Positions 39,845 to 48,418 of a stretch of 64,000 nt of DNA are shown here, piece after piece; positions within the stretch are counted from its first letter, which is position 1; the number at the start of each line of letters is the position of its first letter. The stretch is from Candidatus Cloacimonadota bacterium (GTDB taxonomy: Bacteria > Cloacimonadota > Cloacimonadia > Cloacimonadales > JAJBBL01). A program made the translations under genes and the position numbers. Location of the stretch: assembly GCA_019429305.1 (NCBI GenBank), contig JAHYIR010000009.1, forward strand, positions 1,837-65,836, written 5' to 3'. The notes beneath the pieces were generated by a model. It ran no database searches. It was not told the origin of the DNA and saw nothing but the letters and a program-made list of their open reading frames with translations.

Positions 39845-40636
39845 ATGAGTACTTTAGACAGTATTAACGGAAATTTGTATTCTAAAGATCAGAATGACAA
39901 GATCTACTCACAAATCTTACAAATGCCCAAACCTGCCTATTTTGTGCTTATAGATCCTGATAAAACTGGAGTTAAAGAATCTTTAAGCTTAGCAGTTTTA
40001 GCAGAACAAAAAGGTGTTGATGGGCTTTTAATAGGGAGCAGTTTGCTTCTTCACGACAATCTAGATAACTGCTTGCGTGAAATGAAAAAACTGGTCAAAA
40101 TCCCTATCATAATCTTTCCTGGTCTTTTGAATACTTATTCACCATTAGCTGATGCTATATTATTCCTTAATATGATCAGCAGCCGTAATGCTCAGTTATT
40201 GATAGGTGAGCAGGTAAGAGCAGCTCCTTTGCTAAAGAAATTAGGGTTGGAGTCGATAAGTACTGCCTACATACTCATTGAATCGGGGAAATTGACGTCT
40301 GTCCAATATGTCAGCAACAGCTTGCCCATTCCGAGAGACAAACCCGATATCCTAATAGCCCATGTTTTAGCAGCTGAGTATATTGGGATGAAGATGATCT
40401 ATTTAGAAACTGGTAGTGGAGCCAATCAACCAGTTCCTCTGGAAATGATAAAACAGGTAAAGTTAACAACAGATCTGCCGATTATCGTCGGTGGAGGAAT
40501 AAGAAAAGCTGATACAGCATCAGAAATTGCTGCAGTCGGAGCAGATATTATTGTAACCGGTACAGTCATGGAAGACGAAGAGAATCACCAGTTATTAGCT
40601 GATTTTGTGGAAGCAATTCATAGATGGCGAAAATGA
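39845..40636 (+). CDS. Geranylgeranylglyceryl phosphate synthase (GGGPS/PcrB family, TIM barrel)
   Basis: FVLIDPDK near the N-terminus, then GVDGLLIGSS, IIFPG, IYLETGSG, and the phosphate-binding IIVGGGIRKADTASEIAAVGADIIVTG. Length and order match the PcrB/GGGPS family. Confidence 0.85.
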   Translation: MSTLDSINGNLYSKDQNDKIYSQILQMPKPAYFVLIDPDKTGVKESLSLAVLAEQKGVDGLLIGSSLLLHDNLDNCLREMKKLVKIPIIIFPGLLNTYSPLADAILFLNMISSRNAQLLIGEQVRAAPLLKKLGLESISTAYILIESGKLTSVQYVSNSLPIPRDKPDILIAHVLAAEYIGMKMIYLETGSGANQPVPLEMIKQVKLTTDLPIIVGGGIRKADTASEIAAVGADIIVTGTVMEDEENHQLLADFVEAIHRWRK

Positions 40637-41430
40637 TAGATATCCATTCCCATATACTTCCAGGTGTTGATGATGGTTCACCTGATTTAGAGACTTCTTT
40701 GCAATATCTTAAATTGATTCAGGATAGCGGGGTCTCTGATCTTTTTCTTACACCACATTATATTCCTGGCGAGTATAATAATACCAAAAATAATATTCTG
40801 GATAAATGTTATTCTTTGAAGTTAGCAGCAGAGCAGGAGAATATCACCATCAGACTACATTGCGGATTGGAGCTCTATTTGACCGATTCGCAAGCCCAGA
40901 ATATTAACTTTAGTGATTTTCGTATGGGAGATAGTGACTACATATTGGTCGAGACCGCACTCAACGGTTTTCCAATGAATCTATTAGACGTACTATTTTA
41001 TATGGTCAGAAAGGGTTATAAACCAATATTTGCTCATCCGGAAAGGTATGTAAACATAATTGAAGATATCTCAGTTGCCGAAGACCTCATATATCGAAAT
41101 GTCTATCTACAGGCAAATTCCGGTAGTTTTTTAGGTCATTATGGTCCGACTATTTCTAAGACAGTCTGGAAGTTGTTTCATAGAGGATTTTTGCATTTCA
41201 TAGCTTCTGATGAACATTGTATCAGCAAATCGTATTCTTTATTGAAACTCAGAAATATGCTCTTGGATAATTATTCAGAAGAGCAAATAAATACCCTCAT
41301 ATATGATAATGCGGCGAAGATTATTTCTAATGAAAAAATTGCTCTATTTAATCAAAAAATATCACCTCTAAACGAGAGAAAGAATTCGGGAAATATTCTG
41401 CATAAATTGCTAAGTTTTCTTGAGAGATGA
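40633..41430 (+). CDS. PHP-domain metal-dependent phosphoesterase (CpsB/YwqE-like)
   Basis: ORF-track start is 40624. The ATG at 40633 forms an ATGA overlap with the GGGPS stop and gives the family-typical MIDIHSHILPGVDDGS, followed by TPHY, FAHPERY and ASDEHC metal ligands. Confidence 0.8.
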   Translation: MIDIHSHILPGVDDGSPDLETSLQYLKLIQDSGVSDLFLTPHYIPGEYNNTKNNILDKCYSLKLAAEQENITIRLHCGLELYLTDSQAQNINFSDFRMGDSDYILVETALNGFPMNLLDVLFYMVRKGYKPIFAHPERYVNIIEDISVAEDLIYRNVYLQANSGSFLGHYGPTISKTVWKLFHRGFLHFIASDEHCISKSYSLLKLRNMLLDNYSEEQINTLIYDNAAKIISNEKIALFNQKISPLNERKNSGNILHKLLSFLER

Positions 41431-42410
41431 ATAAAAGTATCTTACTAACAGGTGCAACCGGATTTATTGGTCGGAATGTAGCCCGAGTATTAGCTTCTAA
41501 AAAACAAGATTTCGCAGTACTGGTCAGACCCGGTACGAATAGTACCAAATTAAAAGATTTAACCGATAAATGTGAGATAGTTGAACTGGATTTGTCATCA
41601 GTTGATTCTTTAAAGGATTTTTTAGATAAGAGCAAATTCGAGACGGTAATTCATATTGGTGCTTTACGAGGTGGTCGTAAATACCCTCAGAAAACCTATT
41701 ACGATACGAATGTCAAAGCTACTGAACAGATCATTTTAAACTGTCTCAAGAATGATTCCAAATTACTTTTTTGTTCGTCTGTAGGTGTCTATGGTGCTAT
41801 TCCTCAAGAATTGCCTGCAAATGTTAATACGGTATATCAATCTGATAATTTTTATCATTACACAAAGATTAAAGCAGAGTCTATCATCAAAAAATATGCT
41901 CTTTCCGGACTAAAGAGTGTCATCTTGAGACCGACAATAACTTATGGTGAAAATGATTATGGGTTTCCCTATACATTAGTGAAGTTGATTCACAGAAAGC
42001 TTCTTCTTTTACCTGATCTGGCAATCAGAATCCACTTAGCGCATATTAATACTGTCGTTGAAGCATTCTACAAGCTTGCAGTAGAGGATTATACCGGGAA
42101 TAAGATCTACAATATTGCGGATCCTTCACCAGTTAAACTAAAAGAACTTGTGGATTTCATCAGTCATAGATTGAGAGACAATCCTTATCCTGAAAACAGA
42201 TATATCTCTGCCAGAAAATTTCGCAAAATAACAACTTTATGCCAAAGATACGGATTCAACAGCTTACATACCAAGCTCAGATTGATAAATTATAGCTGGT
42301 TCTATGATGTTACACCAAGCTACAAGGAGCTGACCATCCAACCCAGAAAAACCATTCCTGAATTCAAGATTGTTATAGACTGGTACAAGAAAATTCATCA
42401 TATCAAGTAG
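41427..42410 (+). CDS. Extended SDR, NAD-dependent epimerase/dehydratase family
   Basis: ATGA overlap with the upstream stop. ILLTGATGFIGRNV is the Rossmann motif and YHYTKIKAE is the catalytic YxxxK. Confidence 0.8.
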   Translation: MNKSILLTGATGFIGRNVARVLASKKQDFAVLVRPGTNSTKLKDLTDKCEIVELDLSSVDSLKDFLDKSKFETVIHIGALRGGRKYPQKTYYDTNVKATEQIILNCLKNDSKLLFCSSVGVYGAIPQELPANVNTVYQSDNFYHYTKIKAESIIKKYALSGLKSVILRPTITYGENDYGFPYTLVKLIHRKLLLLPDLAIRIHLAHINTVVEAFYKLAVEDYTGNKIYNIADPSPVKLKELVDFISHRLRDNPYPENRYISARKFRKITTLCQRYGFNSLHTKLRLINYSWFYDVTPSYKELTIQPRKTIPEFKIVIDWYKKIHHIK

Positions 42411-42420
42411 GTATTTAATA

Positions 42421-43263
42421 ATGGCTATCCCGATAATAACCAATTGGAAGAACTATTTTACAGATGAGAATGAAGGGCTCGGCTCTTCTTACGAAAGAGT
42501 AATTATTAATCAGCTTCTGGAGAGGGTCTGCGATCAGTATAGTATTCAAAAGGTTTTAGAGGCACCTCTGTTTGGATTCACCGGTTTATCAGGTATTAAT
42601 AGTATGAATCTAGCGCTTAAAGGTAAAGAAGTTGCCCTGATAGATAGTAATAGTGAACGTTTAGTAATGGTCGAAACCATCTGGCAGGAACGAAAACTAC
42701 CTGTTGATATCAAATACTCACAAGATTTTTCGATCTTGCCTTATGATGATGCAGAGTTTGATCTCTGTTGGAATTTTTCAGCCCTTTGGTTTGTTAAAGA
42801 TTTAAGCAGTTTTCTCGCGGAGTTTAACCGCCTGGCTAAGAAAGTGATTTTATTGATAGTTCCTAATAGAAGCGGTTTAGGATTCATTTTTCAGTCTCTA
42901 AGCAGTTCCAGGGGTTATAAAGATATAGTTAATACTAAATGGATCAGACCTGCTTGTTTTTCCAAGATTTTATTAGATCTTGGTTGGAAAGAAGTCGAAC
43001 ATGGTTTGATAGATTGCCCTCCTTGGCCTGATATAGGGATGAAAAAAGAAGTTTTAGCCAAGAAACTTTTCTTAAGTTTTTTGCTTGATAGGCATACTGA
43101 GCAACAGCATCAGAATTCTATAATGGACTATTATCGTGGAGATGATGACCAATTCCCCGAAAAAATGATGAAATACAATCGCTTGGAAAAAAAACTGCCA
43201 AATTTATTGAAACGGTTTTGGTCACATCATCATTATTATCTATACGTAAAGAAAGGCAGGTAA
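42421..43263 (+). CDS. Methyltransferase-fold (class I SAM-MT-like) protein with atypical motif I
   Basis: VLEAPLFGFTGLSGINSMNLALKGKEVALIDSN resembles motif I plus the acidic loop. FDLCWNFSALWFV resembles the motif II/III region. This is a weak, by-eye assignment. Confidence 0.45.
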   Translation: MAIPIITNWKNYFTDENEGLGSSYERVIINQLLERVCDQYSIQKVLEAPLFGFTGLSGINSMNLALKGKEVALIDSNSERLVMVETIWQERKLPVDIKYSQDFSILPYDDAEFDLCWNFSALWFVKDLSSFLAEFNRLAKKVILLIVPNRSGLGFIFQSLSSSRGYKDIVNTKWIRPACFSKILLDLGWKEVEHGLIDCPPWPDIGMKKEVLAKKLFLSFLLDRHTEQQHQNSIMDYYRGDDDQFPEKMMKYNRLEKKLPNLLKRFWSHHHYYLYVKKGR

Positions 43264-43334
43264 TAGATATTTGACTGAGGAAAGATTATTATCTCTAAAG
43301 ATAATAGTCCGATTCTTATTTATCTCGAACTGAT

Positions 43335-44336
43335 ATGAAAAAGAAGATACTGACTATAGTAATAGGCACATTAATCGGCATTATTTTTACAGCTATTTGG
43401 CTGCAATTAGTTGATCTCCGTACGATCTCCCAGATGATCAAAGATTTGAAATTGCAGTATGTGATCATTAGTATACTATTTTATTTATCTGCTTATTTTA
43501 TTCGTTCTTTAAGATGGAATCTCCTGCTTAAAAGAGTTCAACCGTTATCAAAAATGAGATCTTATCTGATCATGATGGCAGGAAACTTCACTAATTATCT
43601 GATTCCTCTCCGAGTTGGAGAATTGATGCGCTGCTATTTCATCAAGAAAATGCACGGAACCAGAATGACGAAAACTCTACCATCTGTTTTTGTTGATAAA
43701 CTCTTTGACTCGATCGGGATTTTGTTCGTTTTATTGCTTGTCCCGCTTCTTTCGGTCTCTTTACCTGCTACTTTGAATATCTTGCTAATATTGATTTCTT
43801 TGCTATTGATAATTGGTTGTATAATCCTCATATCAGCCATTTATGCCGAAAGCAAGATAGTAAGTTTGTTAAAAAAACTCTTTTTTTTCATTCCGACTAA
43901 ATATGAGGTTAAGTTAGATGAGACTCTATCTCTGTTTGTTGAAGGTTTAGCAGTTTTCAAAGACCATAAGCAACTGCTGCTCCCGGTGATACTCTTTTCG
44001 ATCATCGCCATCTTCTTCGATAGTTTTTTCTTTTTTGCTCTCTTTTTAGCATTTGGAATTAGCATAAACTATTTTTACATTTTACTCGGTTATACTCTGA
44101 TCTACCTGTCCTATATAATTCCTCATCCTCCAGCTCAGTTGGGTAGCAATGAGTTATTGATGTTTCTTATCTTTGCAGCCGGTTTTGGCATGCAGGCAGA
44201 TAAAGCAGGGGCCATTATGCTTTTTTCTCATATCTTGACAGGATTGATCATTGTAACTATCGGGTTAATCTCTTACAGTTACAGTGGAGTACAATTATTG
44301 ACGATAATTAATAAAGGAGAAGTTTTAAATGAGTAA
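43335..44336 (+). CDS. Flippase-like (UPF0104 / MprF-type transmembrane domain) membrane protein
   Basis: About 8 TM helices. The N-terminal pattern is LQYVIISILFYLSAYFIRSLRWNLLL...MAGNFTNYLIPLRVGELMRCYF, typical of the lysylphosphatidylglycerol-synthase TM (flippase-like) family. Confidence 0.65.
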   Translation: MKKKILTIVIGTLIGIIFTAIWLQLVDLRTISQMIKDLKLQYVIISILFYLSAYFIRSLRWNLLLKRVQPLSKMRSYLIMMAGNFTNYLIPLRVGELMRCYFIKKMHGTRMTKTLPSVFVDKLFDSIGILFVLLLVPLLSVSLPATLNILLILISLLLIIGCIILISAIYAESKIVSLLKKLFFFIPTKYEVKLDETLSLFVEGLAVFKDHKQLLLPVILFSIIAIFFDSFFFFALFLAFGISINYFYILLGYTLIYLSYIIPHPPAQLGSNELLMFLIFAAGFGMQADKAGAIMLFSHILTGLIIVTIGLISYSYSGVQLLTIINKGEVLNE

Positions 44337-45333
44337 CGAAAAGAACAGGATTGCACTTCTGGAAAAATTAAAGACCGACAAAGAGAAGATCTTGCAAGAA
44401 TTAAGAAAAGCGATAATAGGACAGGATAAGGTAATCGAAGAGGTTATGATAGCCCTCTTTGCTAAAGGGCACTGTCTGGTTGAAGGTGTACCCGGATTGG
44501 CAAAGACTATGTTGATCTCCTCACTTGCTAAAGCGTTGAATCTCAAGTTCAGCCGGATTCAATTTACACCCGACTTAATGCCTTCCGATATTACCGGAAC
44601 CGATATTCTGGCGGAAAGTAAGGCAGATGGGAAAAGATATTTCGAATACATCAAAGGTCCTATTTTTTCCAATATCATCTTAGCCGACGAGATCAACAGA
44701 ACACCCCCCAAGACCCAATCCGCTCTCCTACAGGCAATGCAGGAATATCAGGTAACCGCCGGAAACAGCACCTATAATCTTGATCAACCGTTTCTGGTAT
44801 TGGCTACGCAAAACCCCATTGAACAAGAAGGCACCTATCCACTACCGGAAGCACAATTAGATAGATTTATGTTTAATATCAATATCTACTATCCTTCTTA
44901 TGAAGAAGAACGTGAAATAGTTATCAAAACTACCAGTTCTGATCCGATTAATATAGAACCGGTGCTTACCGCTGACGAAATACTTGAAATGCAGAAAATG
45001 ATCCTTACTTTGCCAGTCAGTGAACATGTTCTTGATTATGCCGTAAAACTTGCCCGGGCTACCAGACCTGATTATCCGGAGGCACAAGACTTTATTAAAA
45101 GATGGGTTAGTTGGGGTGCCGGTCCTCGTGCTTCTCAATATCTGGTCTTAGCAGCCAAAACCAAAGCTGCTCTCGATGGGAGAGCGACTCCAGCGGAAGA
45201 AGATGTCAGAAGGGTAGCGGTGATAGTTCTGCAACATAGAGTGATCGTTTCCTTTGCTGCTGAAGCTGAAGGTATGAAAGCCAAGACTGTCGTGGAGAAA
45301 CTTATCAAGCATCTGGATGAATCAGCTAAATAG
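44329..45333 (+). CDS. MoxR-family AAA+ ATPase
   Basis: The start overlaps the upstream stop by 8 nt. Motifs are IIGQDKVIEEVMIALFAKGHCLVEGVPGLAKT (Walker A), ILADEINR (Walker B), ATQNPIEQEGTYPLPEAQLDRF and GAGPRAS. Confidence 0.9.
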   Translation: MSNEKNRIALLEKLKTDKEKILQELRKAIIGQDKVIEEVMIALFAKGHCLVEGVPGLAKTMLISSLAKALNLKFSRIQFTPDLMPSDITGTDILAESKADGKRYFEYIKGPIFSNIILADEINRTPPKTQSALLQAMQEYQVTAGNSTYNLDQPFLVLATQNPIEQEGTYPLPEAQLDRFMFNINIYYPSYEEEREIVIKTTSSDPINIEPVLTADEILEMQKMILTLPVSEHVLDYAVKLARATRPDYPEAQDFIKRWVSWGAGPRASQYLVLAAKTKAALDGRATPAEEDVRRVAVIVLQHRVIVSFAAEAEGMKAKTVVEKLIKHLDESAK

Positions 45334-45384
45334 TTCTGCTTTATTAATTGATCGATAAACAGAGAATCTGATAGGGAAAAGATC

Positions 45385-48150
45385 TTGAACTGGATATTTT
45401 TGTCTTTCTTTAGAGTGAGATTACAGATACTCTTTATATTCATTATTCACGTAGTCCTATCTATCACTTTTATTAGTGCGATCAGCATAGACGATGTCGA
45501 ATTCTGCTACTATAGAGAATTATGGCAATTGTTGAATCGTTATGAACCGGAGATCAGGGAACTGGCCATAAACGATCCTCAGAATTCTTTACTCTATGAT
45601 GTTCTGGAAGATATGGCAATCGCGAAACAAGACACCTTAGCTTTTATAAATATTCTTGAACAACGAGTGATCAATCTTCAAGACTTTAACGATGCCTTTC
45701 GGTTACTCAAATTTCTCAAAGAAAAATATACACTATCAACAGTGGCATTAATAGAGAAGAGATCACTAATAGAAGAGATATTTGATTCGACAGGTGATAA
45801 AAACCTCATCAAATGGGCTATGGGAGATATTGAGGAAGAAGAATTGTATCATGAGATGTCTCAGCTGCCATCTTATCCGCAATTCTTTGATAATTATATC
45901 CAATCATTTGTAAATGAAATTGCAGTCGAACGAAGTGATAGTTTAAGGGTCAATCTCTCTGAGGATTTCTATCGAAAATTCCCCGCATCACGCTGGCAAG
46001 ATACAAATATCTACTATCTTCTCATTTCACTGCTCAATCTGGAAAAATACACTGATGCTATTGAGTTGATTGATTCCCAAAATGACTATTCTCCTGCTCT
46101 CTCTTTTCTGGTCTCGGGAATTTTGACCGACTCAAATCTCCGCAAATCCTTTCATAATGGAGCAGATAATCAAGAACTTTTAGATAAAGCTCTTTTTATC
46201 ACAGAAAATGCTGCATTTCCATTTGATACTCAAACCATCTCAGTGCTATATCAAAAATGGGATGATCGGCAGTGGGAAAATAAAAGAGCTCTCCAGAAAG
46301 CCAGAATAATATATCATCAGCTGATATCTGAATATCATTACTGGGGAGATGAAGATTTGATCGCTGGAATACTTGAACAACCGTATGAGCTATATCAAAC
46401 CGGCTTAGATCTTTTACACTTCATAAATCCATTAAACAATGATTTTGGTGAAATAGCCGAGCATAAATATTGGTTGGGAAGATATTCTGTACTATTCGAT
46501 GATGAGACCAAACTCGGAAAAACAGCCGAATACTTTATCGATTGCCTGATAGCTAGTGCTCCCAGAAAGCGGTTTGATGAGTCAGCTCTCAAATATCTCA
46601 AGTATCTTCATGAGCGATCCGGAACAAAAGATGATCTGATGACTTGGAGCAGAAAGATCAAGAACTACCGTGGTCCCATCTTTTCTGATGTGACAGAAGA
46701 GAGTGGATTTAGCGATTTACGTTTCACCAGAATAAGTATTGGTGATTACAACAATGACGGCAAAACAGATCTGCTCTTCAACGGGCGTCGTTTATATCGT
46801 AACGATGGGAATTTTGATTTTACCGATGTCACGGAAGAAGCCGGTATTGTTAATCACTCTTTTGTTGGGGGTCTTTGGGCTGATTTCGATAAAGATGGTC
46901 TTTTGGATTTTGTGGCCCTTTCTTCATCAAGGGAAAATCCCGGAGATACACTTTTCAGAAACATTGGTGATGGCAGCTTTCAAATGCTGGATTCTCCGGA
47001 GTATCGGATCAATAATCATTCACCAACAGAAGGTGCTGCCTGGGTAGATTTTGAGAAAAACGGTTACCCCTCACTTTATACGGCTAATTATGAAATGTGG
47101 CAGGTTCAACCCGGCTTTCGTGATTTCTTTTGGTATAACGACCAAGGCAGATTCATAGATCAAACAGCCCAATTAGGTTTCTTAGCTCCTGAATACACCG
47201 ATGATCCCGGTTTAGCTGGAAGAGGTGTCTCTCCTGCTGATTATAACAATGACGGCATTCAATCAATATTTGTCAGCAATTATCGTCTGAATCGTAATTA
47301 TCTCTGGGATTATTCTAATGGAGTTTTTAAAGATCATGCCGCCCTGAAAGGAGTTGCCGGGCATAAGTACCGCATCCCTGATCATCTTGGCTATTACGGA
47401 CACACCATTGGTGCTGACTGGGGTGACTACAACAATAACGGATATTTAGACCTCTTTATCGCCAATTTAGCACATCCCAGATTCATAGAGTTTTCCGATA
47501 TCAGTATGCTGCTCCGTAATGATGGTCTCGCTGCCAGAGTTATCGGAGATACTGCTATCGTTTATCATAACTTTACTGATGTCACCAAAGAGGCGGGGAT
47601 AACCTTCGATGAACTTCATTCTGACCCCAACTGGTTTGATGCCGATAATGACGGCTTTCTCGATCTCTATATTACCTCTGTGTATGAAAATGACCGTAGC
47701 TATCTTTATCTTAACAATCTTGATGGCACATTTACTGATATCACGTGGCTCTCCGGAACTCGGGTTTATAATGGCTGGGGTAATTCCGTCGCTGATCTTA
47801 ATGGAAACGGTAGATTAGATCTGATCGTCGGTAGCGGAAATGGAGTCAGAAAATTTCGCAATGATACTGATAACGAGCATACAAGTGTTTTTTTCAAACC
47901 TTACTGGGATGGGGAAGAGGTCAAGATCATAGAGAGAGAGGATTGGCATTCTTCGATCCCCAATTCTCCTGCTTTTGGCATAAAAGTTCAGGTAAAGATC
48001 GAATTACCTGATGGTAGTCAAAAAACCCTGATTAGAGAACTTAACGGGGGTAAAGGCACAACCTCACAAAACGACCAGTTCCTCCATTTTGGTTTAGGTG
48101 AAGGTACACTCTTGGAAGCTAAGATCTGGCAAGCATCACAGCAACAATAG
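45385..48150 (+). CDS. Secreted CRTAC1-like protein: about 430-aa helical N-terminal region, FG-GAP/VCBS repeats and an ASPIC/UnbV C-terminal domain
   Basis: The start is uncertain: TTG at 45385 or GTG at 45415, and both give a hydrophobic signal-like N-terminus. There are repeated GDYNNDGKTDLLF / ADFDKDGLLDF / ADYNNDGIQSIF / GDYNNNGYLDLF / DADNDGFLDLY / DLNGNGRLDL calcium-binding FG-GAP loops. The C-terminal NGGKGTTSQNDQFLHFGLG is the UnbV_ASPIC signature. Confidence 0.8.
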   Translation: MNWIFLSFFRVRLQILFIFIIHVVLSITFISAISIDDVEFCYYRELWQLLNRYEPEIRELAINDPQNSLLYDVLEDMAIAKQDTLAFINILEQRVINLQDFNDAFRLLKFLKEKYTLSTVALIEKRSLIEEIFDSTGDKNLIKWAMGDIEEEELYHEMSQLPSYPQFFDNYIQSFVNEIAVERSDSLRVNLSEDFYRKFPASRWQDTNIYYLLISLLNLEKYTDAIELIDSQNDYSPALSFLVSGILTDSNLRKSFHNGADNQELLDKALFITENAAFPFDTQTISVLYQKWDDRQWENKRALQKARIIYHQLISEYHYWGDEDLIAGILEQPYELYQTGLDLLHFINPLNNDFGEIAEHKYWLGRYSVLFDDETKLGKTAEYFIDCLIASAPRKRFDESALKYLKYLHERSGTKDDLMTWSRKIKNYRGPIFSDVTEESGFSDLRFTRISIGDYNNDGKTDLLFNGRRLYRNDGNFDFTDVTEEAGIVNHSFVGGLWADFDKDGLLDFVALSSSRENPGDTLFRNIGDGSFQMLDSPEYRINNHSPTEGAAWVDFEKNGYPSLYTANYEMWQVQPGFRDFFWYNDQGRFIDQTAQLGFLAPEYTDDPGLAGRGVSPADYNNDGIQSIFVSNYRLNRNYLWDYSNGVFKDHAALKGVAGHKYRIPDHLGYYGHTIGADWGDYNNNGYLDLFIANLAHPRFIEFSDISMLLRNDGLAARVIGDTAIVYHNFTDVTKEAGITFDELHSDPNWFDADNDGFLDLYITSVYENDRSYLYLNNLDGTFTDITWLSGTRVYNGWGNSVADLNGNGRLDLIVGSGNGVRKFRNDTDNEHTSVFFKPYWDGEEVKIIEREDWHSSIPNSPAFGIKVQVKIELPDGSQKTLIRELNGGKGTTSQNDQFLHFGLGEGTLLEAKIWQASQQQ

Positions 48151-48418
48151 TTAAGTAAACATTTGTTAGAGATATTATCCAGATTTCTTCTTAACCATCT
48201 TTCCATTAAACAACATGTCTCTACACTATCTGCATACTTTTATTTACCAATAAGCAGTCCTATAGTTGGAAGGGTGCCGACTATAGGGTTCCCTAATGGT
48301 TAGCCGGATAAATATTCAATAGATTTTCAGCAATGATCAAAGAGTGTAGCTCTTTTTTGATTTGACAATATCATGTTTCATTTTCTTAGGTATAATAAAT
48401 GTGTTGTAAGGAGTTTTT

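Noticed and set aside
48362-48396. TTGACA ... TATAAT pair upstream of the metzincin gene as a canonical promoter
   Set aside because: The spacer is 23 nt, outside the 16-19 nt range for sigma70-type promoters, so I have not annotated it as a promoter feature.
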